Below are positions 27,380 through 36,950 of a stretch of DNA of 64,000 nt, piece after piece. The notes below the pieces were generated by a model. That model was not told the DNA's origin. It ran no database searches and was given only the letters and a program-made list of their open reading frames with translations. This DNA comes from Armatimonadota bacterium. GTDB taxonomy: Bacteria > Armatimonadota > SYMT01. The position numbers and the translations under genes were made by a program. The first letter of the stretch is position 1. Each line of letters begins with the position of its first letter. The DNA is taken from the NCBI GenBank assembly GCA_041690135.1, contig JAWLHY010000001.1, forward strand, positions 608,001 to 672,000, written 5' to 3'.

Positions 27380-28696
27380 TCACTTCAGGAACGATTTCAG
27401 GACGCCGTAGGCACCGAGGATCGCGAGGGTGGTGAAGAGGGCCATTGCCAGGTTTTCGGCCGGGGAGTTGCGGTGCTTGGGGCCGATGTAGCGCGGGTTG
27501 GCGGTGAGTAGCCACATGGAGATCGCGAGCACGGGGAGTATCAGGACCTGGATGGCGTTGACGGCCACCGTCAGCGGGACGAAGTTACCCTGGCCGGTCC
27601 CCAACCAGACCAGCGGAGAGAACAGGCACCAGAGGACCATCGCCCGGAAGCCGGGGTGGGTGCGATAGCCGCTGTCGGAGGTCCCACGCAGCTTACGGCT
27701 CCACACGAGGAACGCATCCGTCGCGATGGAACTGTAGCCCAGCGCATTCCCGACGATGCTGCTCGCCACCGCCGAGAAGACCCCCAGGTAGAAGAGGTGC
27801 GCCCCCAGCGGTCCCAGCGTCCGCGCCAGCACTTCCGCCAGGTCGGCAAGGTTCTCCACCTGGAGCCCGCGAGAGTGAAGTACCTCGGCGCCCAGCACCC
27901 AGACCGAGAGATCGAGAATGATCAGCACGACGATCCCCAGGGCCAGGTCGTAGCGCTGGACGGTGCGGTGCGCGGGTGAGGTCCAGCCCTTCTCGCGGAT
28001 GAAGTAGGGATACATCAGGTTCGCCAGCGACCCGGCGACCGCGCCCATCAGGGAAACGGCCACGAGCATCGGGTCGAAGCTGCCCCGCGTTTCCGGCAGG
28101 CGGAAGCCCACGGTGCCTGAGACAATTGCTCCCAGGTCCGGGCCGGACCAGAGGGAGGCGCCGAGCAGCGAAGCGGAGAGGAGGCCGAGGAAGATCAGGA
28201 AGGCGATCTCTACCCGGCGATACTCCCCGCGATGCAGCAGAAGATGGAAGGCGACGGCCCAGAGGAGTCCCCAGAACAGGTCGTGGCCGCCGCCGGTCAG
28301 CGCGCGCAGCGACTCGCCCAGCCCCTTGTACATGTAGACGCCGATGACATGGCTGAGCAGGAGCGTGGCCACGGCGATGCCGAGGGGGAGAAGTGGGTGG
28401 AGGCGGTGGAAGCCCTGCATCACGCTCTCGCCGTGCGGGTTACAGAGCTGGTACCGGGCGATGGCGGAGACGAACAGCCAGCGGATAACGAGGGCCAGCG
28501 CCAGCACCCACATCAGCGCATAGCCGTACGCCCCACCGGCCACGGAGGCGTCCACCAGGTCGCCGGCCCCCAACCAGGTGAGCACCACGACGATACCGGG
28601 CCCCATGGCGCGGAGGTAGGCCGCGAAGCTGTTGGGTGGAGCCGCCTTCGCCGGGGCGGTTCCGTCCGGGGAGACTGGCGGAGGCGATTCGAGCAT
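27380..28696 (-). CDS. Nramp-like divalent metal transporter family protein
   Basis: GPGIVV...GAGDL...GGAYGYALMW, many TM segments. Confidence 0.82.
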   Translation of the reverse strand: MLESPPPVSPDGTAPAKAAPPNSFAAYLRAMGPGIVVVLTWLGAGDLVDASVAGGAYGYALMWVLALALVIRWLFVSAIARYQLCNPHGESVMQGFHRLHPLLPLGIAVATLLLSHVIGVYMYKGLGESLRALTGGGHDLFWGLLWAVAFHLLLHRGEYRRVEIAFLIFLGLLSASLLGASLWSGPDLGAIVSGTVGFRLPETRGSFDPMLVAVSLMGAVAGSLANLMYPYFIREKGWTSPAHRTVQRYDLALGIVVLIILDLSVWVLGAEVLHSRGLQVENLADLAEVLARTLGPLGAHLFYLGVFSAVASSIVGNALGYSSIATDAFLVWSRKLRGTSDSGYRTHPGFRAMVLWCLFSPLVWLGTGQGNFVPLTVAVNAIQVLILPVLAISMWLLTANPRYIGPKHRNSPAENLAMALFTTLAILGAYGVLKSFLK

Positions 28697-28940
28697 CGTC
28701 GCGAACGCTCCTGCGAGGGGCCGGAACGTCGCCCCATTGCGGCGTTCTTACCTCACGCGTTCTGCGTCGCGGCGGTACTTCCTGCCTTATTCCACAAGGC
28801 ATACGGGTGCGAGACCGCAGCCAGGTGGGGACGGAGCCTCACACGGCACGACGGGCGGAAGCCCACAGCCAGGCAGGGACGGAGCCTCCGCCACCCCCTC
28901 GGGGCGTAAACCTACATCTGCGGGTTCAAGGACGTGGCCC

Positions 28941-29093
28941 ATGTCGTTCAACACGTGCCAGTCCTGCCGCGGCACAGGTGGCAACCGATCCGCCAGCGAG
29001 GGCTGCCGGCGCTGCGCCGGCAGTCAGGCGACCGCAGGTGAAGAATGGTATTTGCTCCGAGAGTTCTATGTTCAGGTCAGGCAGCGGGAGTGA
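28941..29093 (+). CDS. Putative 50-aa zinc-finger protein
   Basis: CQSCRGTG...CRRCAGS; AAGGA upstream of the ATG. Confidence 0.4.
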   Translation: MSFNTCQSCRGTGGNRSASEGCRRCAGSQATAGEEWYLLREFYVQVRQRE

Positions 29094-29694
29094 TGCTGGC
29101 GGCGAGAACCACGGCTTCCGCGATGTTGCGAAGCGGGCGGCCGGATAGCTCCGCCTGGCGCCGGAGGCGGTCGTAGGCCTCGCTTTCCGTGATGCGGTCG
29201 CGCCGCATCAACTGCTCCTTCGCCTTCTGGATCAGGTGCGCGGTTTCGAGTCGCTCGCGAAGCGCGGTGATCTCGCGCTGGAGTTCGACAGCTTCCTGCT
29301 TGCGGGCGATGGCCATCTCCACCGCCGCGACCAGGTCGGCCTCACGAGGCGGACGCCCGAGGAGTAGATCGACACCCGACGATCGGACCGCCCGGATCCA
29401 CTCCAGGTTCGGGATCGGTGAGAGCAGGAGCAGAGGCGAGAGCGTTCCGGCACGCAGTGCGCGGACCCGGTCCAGCAGGTCGCTTTCGACTTTGGGTTGC
29501 CCCAGGATGATAAGTCCCGGCTGAAGCTTCCGGAGGAGGCGGCGTGTATCGTCCAGGGACTCTGCCTGCGCCAGGATTTTGTATCCGGCGCGTCCCATCA
29601 CGGTACAGATCGATTCGCGGAGTACGGGATCGGGATCCGCTACCAGCAGGGTACCGGCGGCGGATCGCGGTTGGAAATCAATGCGATCAGACAT
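29077..29694 (-). CDS. ANTAR domain response regulator (atypical receiver)
   Basis: Receiver-like N-terminus; IQKAKEQLM...ITESEAYDRLRRQA ANTAR domain. Confidence 0.88.
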   Translation of the reverse strand: MSDRIDFQPRSAAGTLLVADPDPVLRESICTVMGRAGYKILAQAESLDDTRRLLRKLQPGLIILGQPKVESDLLDRVRALRAGTLSPLLLLSPIPNLEWIRAVRSSGVDLLLGRPPREADLVAAVEMAIARKQEAVELQREITALRERLETAHLIQKAKEQLMRRDRITESEAYDRLRRQAELSGRPLRNIAEAVVLAASITPAA

Positions 29695-29777
29695 AAGAGC
29701 TGTGGATGGGAGGACCCGCACGGCTTCCCCGCGGTGCGGTATGGAGACAGTAGTGTCAGCATGAGATTAACCGGCTT

Positions 29778-29797
29778 GTGTTACGCCTGTGTAACAC
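29778..29797. promoter_or_regulatory. Palindromic operator candidate GTGTTAC-N6-GTAACAC
   Basis: Perfect 7-bp arms in an AT-rich stretch between divergent ANTAR and USP genes. Confidence 0.5.
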
Positions 29798-29927
29798 GGT
29801 TGTGAAAAGTGAGTTAAGGTCGATCTCACACTAAGCAGGACGCTCTTGTGCTTCACCAGGGTTGCGGCCGTGCCCCCCGACCCATCGTGGGGGCACTTGT
29901 TCCGCTGGTTGGCACGAGCCTTCGCGA

Positions 29928-29994
29928 GCGGAACCCCACACGGCGAGACGGGAGCGTCACCAGGACGGGGCAGGCATCGGAGAGCCTGCCCTAC
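29928..29994 (-). repeat. GTAG-type REP-like element, family B
   Basis: Shares GGCAGGCATCGGAGAGCCTGCCCTACA with the 14009-14076 copy. Confidence 0.8.
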
Positions 29995-30158
29995 ACCGGT
30001 GCGTGCACAGTGGGAGTCCCGCTCGCCACGAGGCGTGCCCAACGAGAGTTCTTACGCAGGCCGGCGATTGGCAATCGTGGGTTGTGTGCGGTGGGCGTCT
30101 CCTTCGATCTTTGGCCGAGCACCACTGAGAGCGGGTATGCTGGATCAGGAGGCGCGCG

Positions 30159-30980
30159 ATGCGGATCGTATTTGCGACGGATGGATCTACCGGAGCCCTG
30201 GGGGCGGCCGGGTTCTTATCGCAGCTGGCGTTGACGGCGGACGATGAACTCCACGTGCTTTCGGTGGACCCGCTGGCACGTGGGAAGCAAGAAGAGATCT
30301 TTGCCGAGACCCGAGAGGCGCTCGGCGACACCTCCGTAGAGGTGCGGGAGGTGGTCCGAGCCGGAGCACCCGCACAACAGATCGTCGAGTACGCGCGCGA
30401 GTGCGAGGCGGATCTGATCGCGTTGGGGGCGATGGGGGAGACCGGGCTGGCGCGCTTCTTCATCGGCAGCGTGGCGGAGCGGGTGCTGCGGCACGCCCAC
30501 ACGCACGTGCTCGTCGCCCGGCCCGTTCGCTTCGGCCTCCAGCGGGCCATGGTGGCCGTGGACCTGTCCCCCTTTGCCGAGCGGGTGGTGGAAATGGCCG
30601 CGGCGCTGCCGCTACCGGCGACCACCGAAGAGCGGCTGGTGACGGTGATGCCCGCCACCGAAACGCTGGTGGGCATCGCTCCCATGGTTTGGGCGTCGCT
30701 CTCCGGGGACCTCGAGGGGATGATGGACGCGGAGCAGGAGGAACGCGAGCAGCGGCTCAAGGCCCTGGCCGGGATCGTGAAGAGCCGGCAGCGCCGGGTG
30801 AGCGCGGAGATCCAGCGCGGTGACCCGGCCACCGAACTCCTGCACGCGGTGGACAAGGAGCAGATCGACCTCCTCATTCTGGGCTCGCGCGGCGAAGGAG
30901 GGGTCGATCGCTACTTGCTTGGGAGCGTGTCGGAGCGGGCGGCCCGACACGCCCATTGTTCTGTGTTGGTGGTCCGTTAG
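30159..30980 (+). CDS. Universal stress protein (tandem USP domains)
   Basis: ATDGS, GSVAERVLRHA, LLGSVSERAARHAHCSVLVVR. Confidence 0.95.
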   Translation: MRIVFATDGSTGALGAAGFLSQLALTADDELHVLSVDPLARGKQEEIFAETREALGDTSVEVREVVRAGAPAQQIVEYARECEADLIALGAMGETGLARFFIGSVAERVLRHAHTHVLVARPVRFGLQRAMVAVDLSPFAERVVEMAAALPLPATTEERLVTVMPATETLVGIAPMVWASLSGDLEGMMDAEQEEREQRLKALAGIVKSRQRRVSAEIQRGDPATELLHAVDKEQIDLLILGSRGEGGVDRYLLGSVSERAARHAHCSVLVVR

Positions 30981-30981
30981 C

Positions 30982-33900
30982 CTAATTGAGGAAGATGAAC
31001 TCTTTCACGTTCATCAGTACGTGGGCGAGGTCGCTCCAGGCGCGGGAGGTGTCGTTCCCTTCGTATTTAGCGGCCTGTTCGGCGATGAACTTGAGGGCGC
31101 CGGTGGCTTCCGCCTCGCTGGGAGGGCGGGCGAAAGCGCGGACGTACATCCGCTGTACTCGCTCCCGGTCGGAGCCTCCTTCGGCCAGCTCCCGCCTGGC
31201 CCACACCCCGGCCTGCTCCACCACGAACGGATTGTTCATCAGGGTGAGGGCCTGCGCCGGCACCGTGGAGACACTGCGTCGCCCGATGGTGGTGAACGGG
31301 ATCGGGTAGTCGAACGCCAGGAACATCGGCACCAGGAAGTTACGCCGGACGTTGATGTAGATGCTGCGGCGCCCCTCGCTATCGAGCGGCCCGGAAGTCC
31401 GGGGACGGCCGCGACCTTCCATGAACGGCGTCAGGTAGGGCAGCACGCCGGGTCCGTACATCTTCCGATCGAGACGACCGGAGATGGCGAGCATTGCATC
31501 CCGTACGGCCTCGGCCTCGAGCCGGCGCACCGAGCGGCGGTGGAGCAGCTTGTTCTGCGGGTCGATCTGGGAGCCTTTCGGGTCGGGCCGGCTGGACATC
31601 CGGTAAGTGCTGGAGAGCAGCATCAGCCGGTGCATCTGCTTGAGCGACCAACCCTGGCGGACGAACTCGGAGGCCAGGTAGTCGAGTAGTTCCGGGTTCG
31701 TCGGCTTCTGGCCCATGAACCCGAAGTCGTCGGGCGTCGGCACGATGCCCTCACCGAAGTGGTGGTGCCACAGGCGATTGACCATGACCCGCGGCGTGAG
31801 CGGGTTCCTCGGGTCCGTCATCCGCCGCGCCAGCTCCAGGCGTCCGCTGCCGTCGGCGGGCGGCGTTTCCCGGTCTCCCCCGAACGCTTCCAGGTAGCGC
31901 CGGGGCACCACGTCTCCCAGCGTCTTGTGGCTGCCGCGCAGGTGGACCGGCTCGTTCTCCGGCGTGCCGTCGGCAATCGCCATCACGCGACGCGGCGCCG
32001 GGATGGAACGCTCCAGGGTGAGGCGCTCGGCGACCAGCGCCGCCACGTCCTCGCGTTTGGCTGCTCCCGCGGACCCAGCCAGTACCGGCTGGCGCAGCAG
32101 CCAGTCGACCAGCTCACGGGGGGAGGCATCCAGTTCCTTGTCGCCGGCCCACTGCCGTAGCGACTCCTGGAACAGGCGCTGGTAGGCTTCCGCAAGGGCC
32201 GCGGGCGAGTCGATGGCGGGATCGGCGAGCATCCGCAGGATCTCAGCGTTCGGCGCCTGGGGAGGCACGGGAGCGTCCGCAAACCGGATCTCGTCCACGG
32301 CGACCGCGCCGTCTCCCAGGTCGAGGATCTCCACGTAGGCCTGGTGGCCGACCCACTTGCCGACTTCCATCGCGTGCCACGCCATGCCGCCGTTGAGGTC
32401 CACGGTGAGGCCGCCGTAGATCGGGAAGCGGATGCGCTGGAAGCCGTCGATGATCAGGTTGACTTTCGCGCCGCGCCCGGCCATCCGGTAGAGGATCCAG
32501 GGCTTCTCGATCTTGAACGTTTTGGAGCGCAGCGTGCCCTGAAGCCGGGGAGAGACCCGGCTGGAATCCGCCGTGCCGGAAGGCAGCAGCGCCCACAGCC
32601 GCGCCCCGTCCCGACCATCCGGGATTTGCCCGGCGGCCGGGTTGGGGCCCTCGCCAAACGCCTGGCCGGTCACGAACCATCCGGGGTATCCCGGCTTCGA
32701 GAAGTCCTCGAAAAGCACGCTCTTCTCGAGCACCTGCGCGGAGTTGGCGGCTATCTGACGAAGGCGCCGCTCGACCCCTTCTCGGGCATTCGCGAACGCG
32801 GCGCCGTTGTCCGGGCGCTTCGCCAGCACGGCCCAGGGATGCAGCGGATCGGCGGGGTTCTTGGCCGCCTGTTCCCGCAGATACTTATCCATGGCCTGAT
32901 TGGGAGCCGGATTGGGCTGGCTGCGGCCGACGAGGATCACGTTGCCCGGCGCGGACGCCACCAGGGAGCTCGCCATCCCTTCCATACCGGTGAGGAGCCC
33001 CTCGGCGTTCTGCTTCACCAGCAGCGGCTGCAAGCGGCCATTCAGCGCAGCTACCTTCGCGACCGCCTCCCGTGCCCGGTCTCCCGGGTCGATGGCGGCC
33101 AGGTGGAACCGCGAGCTCCGCATGTAGCCGTAGAGGGCGTAGTAATCCTTCGTGGAGATCGGGTCGAACTTGTGGTCGTGGCACCGCGCGCAGCCGAGGG
33201 AGAGCCCCAGGAACGTCTTGCTGATGACGTCGATCTGGTTGTCGACGCGCTCCGCTTCGTCTTCCCGGATGTCGACCGGCGAGTGCTTCCCTTCGCCCAA
33301 CCAGTAGAAGCCCGTACCGATGATCGACTCGTTGAAGCCTTCCTGCGGGTGGCGCCGCGGCTGCGGCATCAGGTCGCCGGCCAGGTGCTCCGTCAGGAAC
33401 TGGTTGTAAGGGACATCCGCGTTGAACGCGCGGATCAGGTAGTCCCGGTACTGCCACGCTTCCGGCTTTTCGAAGTCGAACTCATGACCGTCCGTTTCGG
33501 CGAACCGCACCAGGTCGAGCCAGTGCCGGGCCCAGCGCTCGCCGTAGTGGGGAGAGGCCAGCAGCCGGTCCACAATCTTGCGGTAAGCATCTGGGGAACG
33601 ATCCGCGAGGAAGGCGTCGATCTCCGCGGGGGTGGGGGGCAGGCCGGTGAGGTCGTAGGTCACGCGGCGGATCAAGGTCCGGCGGTCGGCCGGAGGCGCC
33701 GGCTTCAGGCCCTTCTGTTCCAACCGCGCCAGGACGAAGTGGTCGATCGGGTTAGCGGGCCAGGTTGTGTTCTTCACCTTCGGTAGGGCGGGGCGCTTGA
33801 CCGGCTGGAACGACCAGAGCGCCGCCTTGCGTCCCTGGAGGTCGAACCCGTGGGAGGCCGCCGCGGGCAACTTGACCTTCGGCGAGCCGGGCCATGGCGC

Positions 33901-34413
33901 GCCCATCTTCACCCACTGGACGAGGTCCGCGATCTGCTGGTCGCTCAGCTTCCCCTTGGGAGGCATCTGAAGCTCTCGCTCCTGGAAGCGGACCGCCCGG
34001 ATGAGGAGGCTCTTCTCCGGATCTCCTGGAACGATCGCCGGTCCCCGGTGGCCGCCCTTGAGGAGGTAGGCGAGCGCATCTACGCGCAAATCGCCCATGG
34101 GAGAGGCGCTCTTGGAGAAGTGGCACCCCTGGCAGTTCGCCACCAGGACCGGGCGGATCTTCTTTTCGAAGAACTCCGCCGCTTCCGGAGTCACGGGCGG
34201 CTCTGCGGCTTCGGAGCGGCCTCCGCCCGGGTTCGTCTGGCTCCCGCGGGAAACCGCCGCTGCCGGTTTGCCGGCGGCGGCCTTCCTGGGCGCTGGGGCC
34301 GACTGGCTTCCGGCGGCGACCAGCGCCGCGGGGGCGGCCAGGGTCGCCGTAAGGACGGCCGCGCCGGTGGAGACGCGCCGCCAGGCTTGCGGAGAGCGGG
34401 GGGTTCGGGCCAT
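30982..34413 (-). CDS. PSD1/PSCyt2 (DUF1553/DUF1549) protein with planctomycete cytochrome c domain
   Basis: FFEKKIRPVL..NCQGCH, YGERWARHWLD, CARCHDHKFDP, RVMVNRLW. Confidence 0.95.
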   Translation of the reverse strand: MARTPRSPQAWRRVSTGAAVLTATLAAPAALVAAGSQSAPAPRKAAAGKPAAAVSRGSQTNPGGGRSEAAEPPVTPEAAEFFEKKIRPVLVANCQGCHFSKSASPMGDLRVDALAYLLKGGHRGPAIVPGDPEKSLLIRAVRFQERELQMPPKGKLSDQQIADLVQWVKMGAPWPGSPKVKLPAAASHGFDLQGRKAALWSFQPVKRPALPKVKNTTWPANPIDHFVLARLEQKGLKPAPPADRRTLIRRVTYDLTGLPPTPAEIDAFLADRSPDAYRKIVDRLLASPHYGERWARHWLDLVRFAETDGHEFDFEKPEAWQYRDYLIRAFNADVPYNQFLTEHLAGDLMPQPRRHPQEGFNESIIGTGFYWLGEGKHSPVDIREDEAERVDNQIDVISKTFLGLSLGCARCHDHKFDPISTKDYYALYGYMRSSRFHLAAIDPGDRAREAVAKVAALNGRLQPLLVKQNAEGLLTGMEGMASSLVASAPGNVILVGRSQPNPAPNQAMDKYLREQAAKNPADPLHPWAVLAKRPDNGAAFANAREGVERRLRQIAANSAQVLEKSVLFEDFSKPGYPGWFVTGQAFGEGPNPAAGQIPDGRDGARLWALLPSGTADSSRVSPRLQGTLRSKTFKIEKPWILYRMAGRGAKVNLIIDGFQRIRFPIYGGLTVDLNGGMAWHAMEVGKWVGHQAYVEILDLGDGAVAVDEIRFADAPVPPQAPNAEILRMLADPAIDSPAALAEAYQRLFQESLRQWAGDKELDASPRELVDWLLRQPVLAGSAGAAKREDVAALVAERLTLERSIPAPRRVMAIADGTPENEPVHLRGSHKTLGDVVPRRYLEAFGGDRETPPADGSGRLELARRMTDPRNPLTPRVMVNRLWHHHFGEGIVPTPDDFGFMGQKPTNPELLDYLASEFVRQGWSLKQMHRLMLLSSTYRMSSRPDPKGSQIDPQNKLLHRRSVRRLEAEAVRDAMLAISGRLDRKMYGPGVLPYLTPFMEGRGRPRTSGPLDSEGRRSIYINVRRNFLVPMFLAFDYPIPFTTIGRRSVSTVPAQALTLMNNPFVVEQAGVWARRELAEGGSDRERVQRMYVRAFARPPSEAEATGALKFIAEQAAKYEGNDTSRAWSDLAHVLMNVKEFIFLN

Positions 34414-34559
34414 GGTCAGGGGAACCTCTTATCGTGGACCTACAGATCTGCTTCTTACCTATAACCAAGACAACCCCCGGACGTCCAGGGTTGCAGATCG
34501 TGGTCTATTGTAACAGTCTTCCAACCTTCGGGGGGTCGCCCCCGTCACTTCATAGACAG

Positions 34560-34609
34560 GCGACTCAAAGTCGCAGGCTGGAAAGGCACGAAGTCGGCCT
34601 TCGCCGACT
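34560..34609. repeat. Two-hairpin REP-like element, family C
   Basis: GCGACT-caa-AGTCGC and AGTCGGC-cttc-GCCGACT; similar unit at 39794-39840. Confidence 0.6.
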
Positions 34610-34646
34610 GGTGAAGCCAGCCATGCTCCGTACCCTTGGTCAGCCT

Positions 34647-35336
34647 TTAACCAGTAGTGGGTAGTGTCGGGGCTTCACGGCGTCCGAGGTCGGCGAGGGA
34701 TTCCTGCACGCAATCCGTCTCCTCCAGGATGGGACCGATCCGGCGCCCCCCCGCGGCGGCGGCCCATCGCTCGAGAAAGATCGCCCAGATGCGGTACTGG
34801 ACGTGCTTTCCGAGCAGCAGGTAGCCAACCAACCGGAAGGGATCGTGGATGCGCGCCCGGCTGCGGATGCGGAGGACCAGCCGGCCGGCCGGGTCGCAGT
34901 CGGCGCCAAAGGTGATGCGTCCCGCCTCGATATGCCCCCGCAAGGTGCGCAGGGTCAGGCGGCGCTCCTCAATGGCGCAGACGCGGACCGCCGTCAGCGG
35001 GTTGCCGATGATGGCCACCTCCAGGCCTTCGTCCAGTTGGAGACAACCGCTAGCCATGGACGGCCGGTTGAAGCGGGCCAGGTGGGCGGGCGAGAGGCTG
35101 ACGAAGTTCTCCAGCAGGTTCTGCATCGCCTGCTCCGGCGTGAGGAGGGGCTCTTCGATGATGGCGACGTAGTCCCGCTGCATCAATGGTCCGACGCCCT
35201 CATTCGCCAACTGGACCGGTTGATCTGCCGGGCGCGGCTGTGCGGCCGGATCCGCAGCGGCGCTGCCACTATTCACGCCCGCTACTTCAGTGGTTGGTGT
35301 GCTGATAGTCGCTTCCATTCCGGTGTCTCTTACCAT
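34647..35336 (-). CDS. DUF1990-like protein
   Basis: GVGPLMQRDY, TLRTLRGHIEAGRITF, IRSRAR; the ORF extension upstream runs through repeats. Confidence 0.65.
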   Translation of the reverse strand: MVRDTGMEATISTPTTEVAGVNSGSAAADPAAQPRPADQPVQLANEGVGPLMQRDYVAIIEEPLLTPEQAMQNLLENFVSLSPAHLARFNRPSMASGCLQLDEGLEVAIIGNPLTAVRVCAIEERRLTLRTLRGHIEAGRITFGADCDPAGRLVLRIRSRARIHDPFRLVGYLLLGKHVQYRIWAIFLERWAAAAGGRRIGPILEETDCVQESLADLGRREAPTLPTTG

Positions 35337-35519
35337 CGATATGCCCTCGGCGGAAGCCTGCTTCGGTGCCGCCCACAGGTTATACCCGAGCCGGTAGGTG
35401 CGCCACGCGGGGAGGGGCTCTTCGGATATCGGTCGGCGCGGACGGGTGCGGTTCTTTCGCTGCGCATTGATGGCGCGGGTCGGGAGTCCCATTCGGCGCA
35501 ACGGGTACGTGCCCAGGCC

Positions 35520-35912
35520 CTCCCGGGGTGCATTCCGGGTGCGGAGCCAGGGCTGGGGGGCGGGAATTGCCTCCGTAGTGCACTCCGGGCGTGGGGGCAT
35601 GATCCTGGTCGGGGACGGCGACCCTACCATCGGCATTGGGGCTACGGTGGTGCGGTACGGGTGCGCAAGGGGCGGGCGCCTACCGTGGTGCAGTATGGGT
35701 GCGGAGCCGGGGTCGTGTGCAGGAGGCGCCGCCGCAGTGCTGTCCGGGTATGAGTACATGGTCCTGGTCGGCGACAGCGAGCCGACCCTACCGGTGTGCA
35801 TTTCGGGTGCGGAAGCGAGGGTGTGGCTGTTAGCAGGGGCGGGCGAGACGCCCCTCCCACGGCTGCGGTGCGGATACCACGCAAAGGCGGGCGAGACGCC
35901 CGCCCCACCTTC
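35520..35912. repeat. BIME-like cluster of GTAG/GTGG-type REP hairpins
   Basis: GGTCGGCGACAGCGAGCCGACCCTAC, GGCGGGCGAGACGCCCGCCCCAC and others; homologous to 49570-49700. Confidence 0.75.
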
Positions 35913-36016
35913 GGGGGCTTCCTCTCCTTCCCAGGATCTGTGTGCCTCGCTGGGTTTGAGGTGGCACTGGCTACGGGCAAAGCGGGGAGGAGGCAAGGCG
36001 AAGAGCGAGGTGAGGG

Positions 36017-36931
36017 ATGGAGACACGTAACGAGATCAAAGAATCCGGGCCGCGGGCGAGTGAGTTGTTCGCGGGAATGCACCGGCGGCAGAGCGTTGAC
36101 GAGTACAATTTCGACCACTTCCGGACGCGGCACTTCCTGTATGATGCGCGCGCCACGAAGGAGAAGATCGGCATCCATCCGGGCGCGCTGGCGCCGGACT
36201 TTACCCTGCCGATTGCGAGTGGGGGGACGCTGCGCCTCGCCGATTTGCGGGATCGCCCCGTGGTGCTCCGGTTCGGGTCACCCAGTTGACCGGCCACGAT
36301 CGGCTCGGTCGAGCCGATGAAGAAGCTTTACACCCGCTGGGGCGACCGGGTGCATTTCCTGGAGGTGATCGTCCGCCAGGCACATCCGGGCCCGCATGCT
36401 CCCACGTATCACACGTTCGGCCAGAAGTTTGAGGACGCACGCCGGTACGTGGAGGAAGAAGCGATTCCCTGGCCGGTGCTGGTGGATGACCTGGAGGGCA
36501 CGGTACACCAGGTTTACGGCGGAATGTCGGACCCCACCTACCTGATCGGTACGGACGGGCGGGTCTCCTACTACGTGCAGTGGACCTACGTTCCGGCGCT
36601 GCACCAGGCGATCCAACGGCTGTTCGCGCAGGACGGGCGCGGCGTGGTGAACGAGGGCATCAATTCCGGCGTGCATATGCAGCCGGCGCTCACCACCGGC
36701 TGGAGAGGGCTGCGGCGCGGCCTGCCGCAGAGCGTCATCGACATGGAGACGGCCTTCCCCGGCACGGCGGTTGGGACCTGGATCGGATACCAGATGCGGC
36801 CGGTGCTGGCGCCGATCACGCAACGCGCCCGGCCGCTGCCGCGCGCGGCGAAGGTCGGGCTGGCGGTCGGCGCCGTGGGTCTGGCGGCGTTGGCGGTTTC
36901 CCGGATGCGGCGGTCCTCGGAAGAGGTTTGA
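36017..36931 (+). CDS. Iodothyronine deiodinase-like (thioredoxin-fold) selenoprotein; TGA at 36287-36289 read as Sec
   Basis: ORFs 36017-36289 and 36317-36931 are in frame: APDFTL...RPVVLRFGSPS-U-PAT...VRQAHPG...LVDDLEG. Confidence 0.8.
36299..36318 (+). promoter_or_regulatory. Bacterial SECIS-like hairpin
   Basis: ATCGGCTC-GGTC-GAGCCGAT; G-starting loop 18 nt after the TGA. Confidence 0.65.
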
Positions 36932-36950
36932 TGAAGCGTTGAGGGGCGGG

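Noticed and set aside
35520-35912. CRISPR-like repeat-spacer array
   Set aside because: Hairpins differ in sequence, spacing is irregular and spacers are related to each other, which fits REP/BIME better
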